From: Paragordius varius | Lineage: Eukaryota; Animalia; Nematomorpha | Direction: 5' to 3' | Length of the DNA stretch: 64,000 nucleotides | Assembly (NCBI GenBank): GCA_964247055.1 | Contig: OZ176054.1 | Coordinates: 558,001-622,000 of the forward strand | Part shown: positions 1-12,400 of the stretch, piece by piece | Layout of the letters: each line of letters starts with the position of its first letter | How positions within the stretch are numbered: position 1 is the stretch's first letter | Notes under the pieces: model-generated | Databases searched by the model: none | Seen by the model: only the letters and a program-made list of their open reading frames with translations | Told to the model about the DNA's origin: nothing | Program-made: the position numbers and the translations under genes

Positions 1-3000
1 AATTATTTTTTATACATTCTCTTAGTAGGACTACATCAAAATATAGAGATAGTTTGGCAAACTCTTTCATATCCGATTTTTACAACGATACTTTAAAAAT
101 TAATGTATTAAACTAGTCGCATCAATACTCAAGTTAAACTTTGTCCTTAAAAATATATTGGTCTCCGGTGAACAAAATATTTTTTTATACATTCTCTTAG
201 TAAGACTACATCAAAATATAGAGATAGTTTGACAAACTCTTTCATATCCGATTTTTACAACGATACTTTAAAAATTAATGTATTAAACTAGTCGCATCAA
301 TACTCAAGTTAAACTTTGTCCTTAAAAATATATTGGTCTCCGGTGAACAAAATAATTTTTCATACATTCTCTTAGTAAGACTACATCAAAATATAGAGAT
401 AGTTTGACAAACTCTTTCATATCCGATTTTTACAACGATACTTTAAAAATTAATGTATTAAACTAGTCGCATCAATACTCAAATTAAACTTTGTCCTTAA
501 AAATCGGATATTGGTCACCGGTGAACAAAATTATTTTTTATACATTCTCTTAGTAAGACTACATTAAAATATAGAGATAGTTTGACAAACTCTTTCATAT
601 CCGATTTTTAAACGATACTTTAAAAATTAATGTGTTAAACTAGTCGCATCAATACTCAAGTTAAACTTTGTCCTTAAAAATCGAATATTGGTCACCGGTG
701 AACAAAATTATTTTTTATATATTCTCTTAGTAAGACTACATCAAAATATAGAAATAGTTTGACAAACTCTTTCATATCCGATTTTTACAACGATACTTTA
801 AAATTTAATGTATTAAACTAGTCGCATCAATATTCAAATTAAACTTTGTCCTTAAAAATCGGATATTGGTCACCGGTGAACAAAATTATTTTTTATACAT
901 TCTCTTAGTAGGACTACATCAAAATATAGAGATACTTTGACAAACTCTTTCGTATCCGATTTTTACAACGATACTTTAAAACACAATGTGTTAAACTAGT
1001 CGCATCAATACTCAAGTTAAACTTTGTCCTTAAAAATCGGATATTGGTCACCGGTGAACAAAATTATTTTTTATACATGATCTTAGTAAGACTACATCAA
1101 AATATAGAGATAGTTTTACAAACTCTTTCATATCCGATTTTTACAACGATACTTTAAAAATTAATGTATTAAACTAGTCGCATCAATACTCAAGTTAAAC
1201 TTTGTCCTTAAAAATCGGATATTGGTCACCGGTGAACAAAATAATTTTTTATACATTCTCTTAGTAAGACTACATCAAAATATAGAGATAGTTGGACAAA
1301 CTCTTTCATATCCGATTTTTACAAGGATACTTAAAAAATTAATGTATTAAACTAGTGCTATCAATACTCAAGTTAAACTTTGTCCTTAAAAATCGGATAT
1401 TGGTCTCCGGTGAACAAAATTATTTTTTATACATTCTCTTAGCAAGACTACATCAAAATATAGAGATATTTGACAAACTCTTTCATATCCGATTTTTACA
1501 ACGATACTTTATAAATTAATGTATAAAACTAGTCGTATCAATAAGTCGCATCAATACTCAAGTTAAACTTTGTCCTTAAAAATCGGATATTGGTCACCGG
1601 TGAACAAAATAATTTTTTATACATTCTCTTAGTAAGACTACATCAAAATATAGAGATAGTTTGACAAACTCTTTCATATCCGATTTTTACAACGATACGT
1701 TAAAAATTATGGTATTAAACTAGTCGCATCTATACTCAAATTAAACTTTGTCCTTAAAAATCGGATATTGGTCACGGGTGAACAAAATTATTTTTTATAT
1801 ATTCTCTTAGCAAGACTACATCAAAATATAGAGATAGTTTGGCAAACTCTTTCATCCGATTTTTACAACGATACTTTAAAAATTAATGTATAAAACTAGT
1901 CGCATCAATACTCAGGTTAAATTTTGTCCTTAAAAATGGGATATTGGTCACCGGTGAACAAAATTATTTTTTATACATTCTCTTAGTAAGACTACATCAA
2001 AATATAGACATAGTTTGACAAACTCTTTTATATCCGATTTTTACAACGATACTTTAAAAATTATGGTATTAAACCAGTCGCATCAATACTCAAGTCAAAC
2101 TTTGTCCTTAAAAATCGGATATTGGTCACCGGTGAACAAAATTATTTCTTATACATTCTCTTAGCAAGACTCTCAAAATATAGAGATAGTTTGACAAACT
2201 CTTTCATATCCGATTTTTACAACGATACGTTAAAAATTATGGTATTAAACTAGTCGCATCTATACTCAAATTAAACTTTGTCCTTAAAAATCGGATATTG
2301 GTCACCGGTGAACAAAATTATTTTTTATATATTCTCTTAGCAAGACTGCATCAAAATATAGAGATAGTTTGACAAACTCTTTCCTATCCGATTTTTACAA
2401 CGATACTTTAAAAATTAATGTATAAAACGAGTCGTATCAATAAATCGCATCAATACTCAAGTTAAACTTTGTCATTAAAAATCGGATATTGGTCACCGGT
2501 GAACAAAATTATTTTTTACAAATTCTCTTAGTAGGACTACATCAAAATATAGAGATAGTTTGGCAAACTCTTTCATATCCGATTTTTACAACGATACTTT
2601 AAAATTAATGTATTAAACTAGTCGCATCAATACTCAAGTTAAACTTTGTCCTTAAAAATCGGATATTGGTCTCCGGTGAACAAAATAATTTTTTATACAT
2701 TCTCTTAGTAAGACTACATAAAATATAGAGATAGTTTGACAAACTCTTTCATATCCGATTTTTACAACGATACGTTAAAAATTATGGTATTAAACTAGTC
2801 GCATCAATACTCAAATTAAACTTTGTCCTTAAAAATCGGATATTGGTCACCGGTGAACAAAACTATTTTTTATATATTCTCTTAGCAAGACTGCATCAAA
2901 ATATAGAGATAGTTTGACAAACTCTTTCATATCCGATTTTTACAACGATACTTTAAAAATTAATGTATAAAACTAGTCGTATCAATAAATCGCATCAATA

Positions 3001-5575
3001 CTCAAGTTAAACTTTGTCCTTAAAAATCGGATATTGGTCACCGGTGAACAAAATTATTTTTTATACATTCTCTTACTAAGACTACATCAAAATATAGAGA
3101 TAGTTTGACAAACTTTTTCATATCCGATTTTTACAACGATACTTTAAAAATTAATGTGTTAAACTAGTCGCATCAATACTCAAGTTAAACTTTGTCCTTA
3201 AAAATCGAATATTGGTCACCGGTGAACAAAATTATTTTTTATATATTCTCTTAGTAAGACTACATCAAAATATAGAAATAGTTTGACAAACTCTTTCATA
3301 TCCGATTTTTACAACGATACTTTAAAATTTAACGTATTAAACTAGTCGCATCAATACTCAAATTAAACTTTGTCCCTAAAAATCGGATATTGGTCACCGG
3401 TGAACAAAATTATATTTTATATATTCTCTTAGTAAGACTACATCAAAATATAGAGATAGTTTGACAAACTCTTTCCTATCCGATTTTTACAACGATACTT
3501 TAAAAATTAATGTATAAAACGAGTCGTATCAATAAATCGCATCAATACTCAAGTTAAACTTTGTCATTAAAAATCGGATATTGGTCACCGGTGAACAAAA
3601 TTATTTTTTACAAATTCTCTTAGTAGGACTACATCAAAATATAGAGATAGTTTGGCAAACTCTTTCATATCCGATTTTTACAACGATACTTTAAAATTAA
3701 TGTATTAAACTAGTCGCATCAATACTCAAGTTAAACTTTGTCCTTAAAAATCGGATATTGGTCTCTGGTGAACAAAATAATTTTTTATACATTCTCTTAG
3801 TAAGACTACATCAAAATATAGAGATAGTTTGACAAACTCTTTCATATCCGATTTTTACAACGATACTTTAAAAATTAATGTATTAAACTAGTCGCATCAA
3901 TACTCAAGTTAAACTTTGTCCTTAAAAATCGGATATTGGTCACCGGTGGACAAAATTATTTTTTATATATTCTCTTAGCAAGACTACATCAAAATATAGA
4001 GATAGTTTGACAAACTCTTTCATATCCGATTTTTACAACGATACTTTAAAAATTAATGTATAAAACTAGTCGCATCAATACTCAACTTAAACTTTGTCAT
4101 AAAAAATCGAATATTGGTCACCGGTGAAGAAAATTATTTTTTATACATTCTCTTAGTAAGACTACATCAAAATATAGATATAGTTTGACAAACTCTTTCA
4201 TATCCGATTTTTACAACGATACTTTAAAAATTAATGTATTAAACTAGTCGCATCAATACTCAAGTTAAACTTTGTCCTTAAAAATCGGATATTGGTCACC
4301 GGTGAACAAAATTATTTTTTATATATTCTCTTAGCAAGACTACATCAAAATATAGAGGTAGTTTAACAAACTCTTTCATATCCGATTTTTACAACGATAC
4401 TTTAAAAATTAATGTATAAAACGAGTCGTATCAATAAATCGCATAAATACTCAAGTTAAACTTTGTCCTTAAAAATCGGATATTGGTCACCGGTGCACAA
4501 AATTATTTTTTATACATTCTCTTAGTAGGACTACATCAAAATATAGAGATAGTTTGGCAAACTCTTTCATATCCGCTTTTTACAACGATACTTTAAAAAT
4601 TAATGTATTAAACTAGTCGCATCAATACTCAAGTTAAACTTTGTCCTTAAAAATCGGATATTGGTCTCCGGTGAACAAAATAATTTTTTATATATTCTCT
4701 TAGCAAGACTACATCAAAATATAGAGATAGTTTGACAAACTCGTTCATATCCGATTTTTACAACGATACTTTAAAAATTAATGTATAAAACTAGTCGTAT
4801 CAATAAATCGCATCAATACTCAAGTTAAACTTTGTCCTTAAAAATCGGATATTGGTCACCGGTGCACAAAATTATTTTTTATACATTCTCTTAGTAGGAC
4901 TACATCAAAATATAGAGATAGTTTGGCAAACTCTTTCATATCCGATTTTTACAACGATACTTTAAAAATTAATGTATTAAACTAGTCGCATCAATACTCA
5001 AGTTAAACTTTGTCCTTAAAAATCGGATATTGGTCACCGGTGCACAAAATTATTTTTTATACATTCTCTTAGTAGGACTACATCAAAATATAGAGATAGT
5101 TTGGCAAACTCTTTCATATCCGATTTTTACAACGATACTTTAAAAATTAATGTATTAAACTAGTCGCATCAATACTCAAGTTAAACTTTGTCCTTAAAAA
5201 TATATTGGTCTCCGGTGAACAAAATATTTTTTTATACATTCTCTTAGTAAGACTACATCAAAATATAGAGATAGTTTGACAAACTCTTTCATATCCGATT
5301 TTTACAACGATACTTTAAAAATTAATGTATTAAACTAGTCGCATCAATACTCAAGTTAAACTTTGTCCTTAAAAATATATTGGTCTCCGGTGAACAAAAT
5401 AATTTTTCATACATTCTCTTAGTAAGACTACATCAAAATATAGAGATAGTTTGACAAACTCTTTCATATCCGATTTTTACAACGATACTTTAAAAATTAA
5501 TGTATAAAACTAGTCGCATCAATACTCAACTTAAACTTTGTCATAAAAAATCGAATATTGGTCACCGGTGAACAA

Positions 5576-5753
5576 AATTATTTTTTATACATTCTCTTAG
5601 TAAGACTACATCAAAATATAGAGATAGTTTGACAAACTCTTTCATATCCGATTTTTACAACGATACTTTAAAAATTAATGTATTAAACTAGTCGCATCAA
5701 TACTCAAGTTAAACTTTGTCCTTAAAAATCGGATATTGGTCACCGGTGAACAA
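5576..5753 (+). repeat. Representative consensus monomer with internal dyads and a 14-bp inverted repeat
   Basis: ATATCCGATTTTTA (5644-5657) and TAAAAATCGGATAT (5723-5736) are perfect reverse complements. Other dyads are TCTTA-G-TAAGA, AGTTTG-A-CAAACT, ACTAGT, AAGTT-A-AACTT and TCACCGGTGA. Confidence 0.95.
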
Positions 5754-7199
5754 AATTATTTTTTATATATTCTCTTAGCAAGACTACATCAAAATATAGA
5801 GGTAGTTTGACAAACTCTTTCATATCCGATTTTTACAACGATACTTTAAAAATTAATGTATAAAACGAGTCGTATCAATAAATCGCATCAATACTCAAGT
5901 TAAACTTTGTCCTTAAAAATCGGATATTGGTCACCGGTGCACAAAATTATTTTTTATACATTCTCTTAGTAGGACTATATCAAAATATAGAGATAGTTTG
6001 GCAAATTCTTTCATATCCGATTTTTACAACGATACTTTAAAAATTAATGTATTAAACTAGTCGCATCAATACTCAAGTTAAACTTTGTCCTTAAAAATCG
6101 GATATTGGTCTCCGGTGAACAAAATAATTTTTTATATATTCTCTTAGCAAGACTACATCAAAATATAGAGATAGTTTGACAAACTCTTTCATATCCGATT
6201 TTTACAACGATACTTTAAAAATTAATGTATAAAACTAGTCGTATCAATAAATCGCATCAATACTCAAGTTAAACTTTCTCCTTAAAAATCGGATATTGGT
6301 CTCCGGTGAACAAAATAATTTTTTATATATTCTCTTAGCAAGACTACATCAAAATATAGAGATAGTTTGACAAAATCGTTCATATCCGATTTTTACAACG
6401 ATACTTTAAAAATTAATGTATAAAACTAGTCTCATCAATAAATCGCATCAATACTCAAGTTAAACTTTGTCCTTAAAAATCGGATATTGGTCACCGGTGC
6501 ACAAAATTATTTTTTATACATTCTCTTAGTAGGACTACATCAAAATATAGAGATAGTTTGGCAAACTCTTTCATATCCGATTTTTACAACGATACTTTAA
6601 AAATTAATGTATAAAACTAGTCGCATCAATACTCAACTTAAACTTTGTCATAAAAAATCGAATATTGGTCACCGGTGAACAAAATTATTTTTTATACATT
6701 CTCTTAGTAAGACTACATCAAAATATAGAGATAGTTTGGCAAACTCTTTCATATCCGATTTTTACAACGATACTTTAAAAATTAATGTATTAAACTAGTC
6801 GCATCAATACTCCAGTTAAACTTTGTCCTTAAAAATCGGATATTGGTCACCGGTGAACAAAATTATTTTTTTTATATTCTCTTAGCAAGACTACATCAAA
6901 ATATAGAGGTAGTTTGACAAACTCTTTCATATCCGATTTTTACAACGATACTTTAAAAATTAATGTATAAAACGAGTCGTATCAATAAATCGCATCAATA
7001 CTCAAGTTAAACTTTGTCCTTAAAAATCGGATATTGGTCACCGGTGCACAAAATTATTTTTTATACATTCTCTTAGTAGGACTACATCAAAATATAGAGA
7101 TAGTTTGGCAAACTCTTTCATATCCGATTTTTACAACGATACTTTAAAAATTAATGTATTAAACTAGTCGCATCAATACTCAAGTTAAACTTTGTCCTT

Positions 7200-10100
7200 A
7201 AAAATCGGATATTGGTCTCCGGTGAACAAAATAATTTTTTATATATTCTCTTAGTAGGACTACATCAAAATATAGAGATAGTTTGGCAAACTCTTTCATA
7301 TCCGATTTTTACAACGATACTTTAAAAATTAATGTATTAAACTAGTCGCATCAATACTCAAGTTAAACTTTGTCCTTAAAAATCGGATATTGGTCTCCGG
7401 ATAACAAAATAATTTTTTATACATTCTCTTAGTAAGACTACATCAAAATAGAGAGATAGTTTGACAAATTCTTTCATATCCGATTTTTACAACGATACTT
7501 TAAAAATTAATGTATTAAACTAGTCGCATCAATACTCAAGTAAAACTTTGTCCTTAAAAATCGGATATTGGTCTCCGGTGAACAAAATAATTTTTTATAT
7601 ATTCTCTTAGCAAGACTACATCAAAATATAGAGATAGTTTGACAAACTCTTTCATATCCGATTTTTACAACGATACTTTAAAAATTAATGTATAAAACTA
7701 GTCGTATCAATAAATCGCATCAATACTGAAGTTAAACTTTGTCCTTAAAAATCGGATATTGGTCTCCGGTGAACAAAATAATTTTTTATATATTCTCTTA
7801 GCAAGACTACATCAAAATATAGAGATAGTTTGACAAACTCGTTCATATCCGATTTTTACAACGATACTTTAAAAATTAATGTATAAAACTAGTCTCATCA
7901 ATAAATCGCATCAATACTCAAGTTAAACTTTGTCCTTAAAAATCGGATATTGGTCACCGGTGCACAAAATTATTTTTTATACATTCTCTTAGTAGGACTA
8001 CATCAAAATATAGAGATAGTTTGGCAAACTCTTTCATATCCGATTTTTACAACGATACTTTAAAAATTAATGTATTAAACTAGTCGCATCAATACTCAAG
8101 TTAAACTTTGTCCTTAAAAATCGGATATTGGTCTCCGGTGAACAAAATTATTTTTTATACATTCTCTTAGTAGGACTACATCAAAATATAGAGATAGTTT
8201 GGCAAATTCTTTCATATCCGATTTTTACAACGATACTTTAAAAATTAATGTATTAAACTAGTCGCATCAATACTCAAGTTAAACTTTGTCCTTAAAAATC
8301 GGATATTGGTCTCCGGTGAACAAAATAATTTTTTATACATTCTCTTAGTAAGACTACATCAAAATATAGAGATAGTTTGACAAACTCTTTCATATCCGAT
8401 TTTTACAATGATACTTTAAAAATTAATGTATTAAACTAGTCGCATCAATACTCAAGTTAAACTTTGTCCTTAAAAATCGGATATTGGTCACCGGTGGACA
8501 AAATTATTTTTTATATATTCTCTTAGCAAGACTACATCAAAATATAGAGATAGTTTGACAAACTCTTTCATATCCGATTTTTACAACGATACTTTAAAAA
8601 TTAATGTATAAAACTAGTCGCATCAATACTCAAGTTAAACTTTGTCCTTAAAAATCGAATATTGGTCTCCGGTGAACAAAATAATTTTTTATATATTCTC
8701 TTAGTAAGACTACATCAAAATATAGAGATAGTTTGGCAAACTCTTTCATATCCGATTTTTACAACGATACTTTAAAAATTAATGTATTAAACTAGTCGCA
8801 TCAATACTCAAGTTAAACTTTGTCCTTAAAAATCGGATATTGGTCTCCGGTGAACAAAATAATTTTTTATACATTCTCTTAGTAAGACTACATCAAAATA
8901 GAGAGATAGTTTGACAAACTCTTTCATATCCGATTTTTACAACGATACTTTAAAAATTAATGTATTAAACTAGTCGCATCAATACTCAAGTTAAACTTTG
9001 TCCTTAAAAATCGGATATTGGTCTCCGGTGAACAAAATAATTTTTTATATATTCTCTTAGCAAGACTACATCAAAATATAGAGATAGTTTGACAAACTCT
9101 TTCATATCCGATTTTTACAACGATACTTTAAAAATTAATGTATAAAACTAGTCGTATCAATAAATCGCATCAATACTCAAGTTAAACTTTGTCCTTAAAA
9201 ATCGGATATTGGTCTCCGGTGAACAAAATAATTTTTTATATATTCTCTTAGCAAGACTACATCAAAATATAGAGATAGTTTGACAAACTCGTTCATATCC
9301 GATTTTTACAACCATACTTTAAAAATTAATGTATAAAACTAGTCTCATCAATAAATCGCATCAATACTCAAGTTAAACTTTGTCCTTAAAAATCGGATAT
9401 TGGTCACCGGTGCACAAAATTATTTTTTATACATTCTCTTAGTAGGACTACATCAAAATATAGAGATAGTTTGGCAAACTCTTTCATATCCGATTTTTAC
9501 AACGATACTTTAAAAATTAATGTATTAAACTAGTCGCATCAATACTCAAGTTAAACTTTGTCCTTAAAAATCGGATATTGGTCTCCGGTGAACAAAATAA
9601 TTTTTTATACATTCTCTTAGTAAGACTACATCAAAATATAGAGATAGTTTGACAAACTCTTTCATATCCGATTTTTACAACGATACTTTAAAAATTAATG
9701 TATTAAACTAGTCGCATCAATACTCAAGTTAAACTTTGTCCTTAAAAATCGGATATTGGTCACCGGTGGACAAAATTATTTTTTATATATTCTCTTAGCA
9801 AGACTACATTAAAATATAGAGATAGTTTGACAAACTCTTTCATATCCGATCAACGATACTTTAAAAATTAATGTATAAAACTAGTCGCATCAATACTCAA
9901 GTTAAACTTTGTCCTTAAAAATCGAATATTGGTCTCCGGTGAACAAAATAATTTTTTATATATTCTCTTAGTAGGACTACATCAAAATATAGAGATAGTT
10001 TGGCAAACTCTTTCATATCCGATTTTTACAACGATACTTTAAAAATTAATGTATTAAACTAGTCGCATCAATACTCAAGTTAAACTTTGTCCTTAAAAAT

Positions 10101-12400
10101 CGGATATTGGTCTCCGGTGAACAAAATAATTTTTTATACATTCTCTTAGTAAGACTACATCAAAATAGAGAGATAGTTTGACAAACTCTTTCATATCCGA
10201 TTTTTACTACGATACTTTAAAAATTAATGTATTAAACTAGTCGCATCAATACTCAAGTTAAACTTTGTCCTTAAAAATCGGATATTGGTCTCCGGTGAAC
10301 AAAATAATTTTTTATATATTCTCTTAGCAAGACTACATCAAAATATAGAGATAGTTTGACAAACTCTTTCATATCCGATTTTTACAACGATACTTTAAAA
10401 ATTAATGTATAAAACTAGTCGTATCAATAAATCGCATCAATACTCAAGTTAAACTTTGTCCTTAAAAATCGGATATTGGTCTCCGGTGAACAAAATAATT
10501 TTTTATATATTCTCTTAGCAAGACTACATCAAAATATAGAGATAGTTTGACAAACTCGTTCATATCCGATTTTTACAACCATACTTTAAAAATTAATGTA
10601 TAAAACTAGTCTCATCAATAAATCGCATCAATACTCAAGTTAAACTTTGTCCTTAAAAATCGGATATTGGTCACCGGTGCACAAAATTATTTTTTATACA
10701 TTCTCTTAGTAGGACTACATCAAAATATAGAGATAGTTTGGCAAACTCTTTCATATCCGATTTTTACAACGATACTTTAAAAATTAATGTATTAAACTAG
10801 TCGCATCAATACTCAAGTTAAACTTTGTCCTTAAAAATCGGATATTGGTCTCCGGTGAACAAAATTATTTTTTATACATTCTCTTAGTAGGACTACATCA
10901 AAATATAGAGATAGTTTGGCAAATTCTTTCATATCCGATTTTTACAACGATACTTTAAAAATTAATGTATTAAACTAGTCGCATCAATACTCAAGTTAAA
11001 CTTTGTCCTTAAAAATCGGATATTGGTCTCCGGTGAACAAAATAATTTTTTATACATTCTCTTAGTAAGACTACATCAAAATATAGAGATAGTTTGACAA
11101 ACTCTTTCATATCCGATTTTTACAACGATACTTTAAAAATTAATGTATTAAACTAGTCGCATCAATACTCAAGTTAAACTTTGTCCTTAAAAATCGGATA
11201 TTGGTCACCGGTGGACAAAATTATTTTTTATATATTCTCTTAGCAAGACTACATCAAAATATAGAGATAGTTTGACAAACTCTTTCATATCCGATTTTTA
11301 CAACGATACTTTAAAAATTAATGTATAAAACTAGTCGCATCAATACTCAAGTTAAACTTTGTCCTTAAAAATCGGATATTGGTCTCCGGTGAACAAAATA
11401 ATTTTTTATATATTCTCTTAGTAGGACTACATCAAAATATAGAGATAGTTTGGCAAACTCTTTCATATCCGATTTTTACAACGATACTTTAAAAATTAAT
11501 GTATTAAACTAGTCGCATCAATACTCAAGTTAAACTTTGTCCTTAAAAATCGGATATTGGTCTCCGGTGAACAAAATAATTTTTTATACATTCTCTTAGT
11601 AAGACTACATCAAAATAGAGAGATAGTTTGACAAACTCTTTCATATCCGATTTTTACAACGATACTTTAAAAATTAATGTATTAAACTAGTCGCATCAAT
11701 ACTCAAGTTAAACTTTGTCCTTAAAAATCGGATATTGGTCTCCGGTGAACAAAATAATTTTTTATATATTCTCTTAGCAAGACTACATCAAAATATAGAG
11801 ATAGTTTGACAAACTCTTTCATATCCGATTTTTACAACGATACTTTAAAAATTAATGTATAAAACTAGTCGTATCAATAAATCGCATCAATACTCAAGTT
11901 AAACTTTGTCCTTAAAAATCGGATATTGGTCTCCGGTGAACAAAATAATTTTTTATATATTCTCTTAGCAAGACTACATCAAAATATAGAGATAGTTTGA
12001 CAAACTCGTTCATATCCGATTTTTACAACCATACTTTAAAAATTAATGTATAAAACTAGTCTCATCAATAAATCGCAAGAATACTCAAGTTAAACTTTGT
12101 CCTTAAAAATCGGATATTGGTCACCGGTGCACAAAATTATTTTTTATACATTCTCTTAGTAGGACTACATCAAAATATAGAGATAGTTTGGCAAACTCTT
12201 TCATATCCGATTTTTACAACGATACTTTAAAAATTAATGTATTAAACTAGTCGCATCAATACTCAAGTTAAACTTTGTCCTTAAAAATCGGATATTGGTC
12301 TCCGGTGAACAAAATTATTTTTTATACATTCTCTTAGTAGGACTACATCAAAATATAGAGATAGTTTGGCAAATTCTTTCATATCCGATTTTTACAACGA
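7200..12400 (+). repeat. Higher-order repeat: 8-mer (1450 bp) / 7-mer (1267 bp) / 8-mer (1450 bp)
   Basis: The CTCGTT variant G occurs at 7841, 9291, 10558 and 12008; the AATAGAGAG variant at 7451, 8901, 10168 and 11618. 1450 = 8x178 + 2x13. Confidence 0.9.

Noticed and set aside
5644-5736. MITE or Helitron/Helentron remnant defined by the 14-bp inverted repeat, CTAG and GC-rich hairpin
   Set aside because: There is no target-site duplication, no isolated copy in unique flanks and no transposase or Rep/Hel sequence. A transposon origin of the monomer is possible but unsupported here.
5576-5753. Monomer as an ancient inverted dimer of ~89-bp halves (axes near ACTAGT and TCTTAGTAAGA)
   Set aside because: Beyond the 14-bp IR the mirrored similarity is weak (short TTTAA and GTATT matches) and expected in AT-rich DNA; it needs a statistical self-alignment test.
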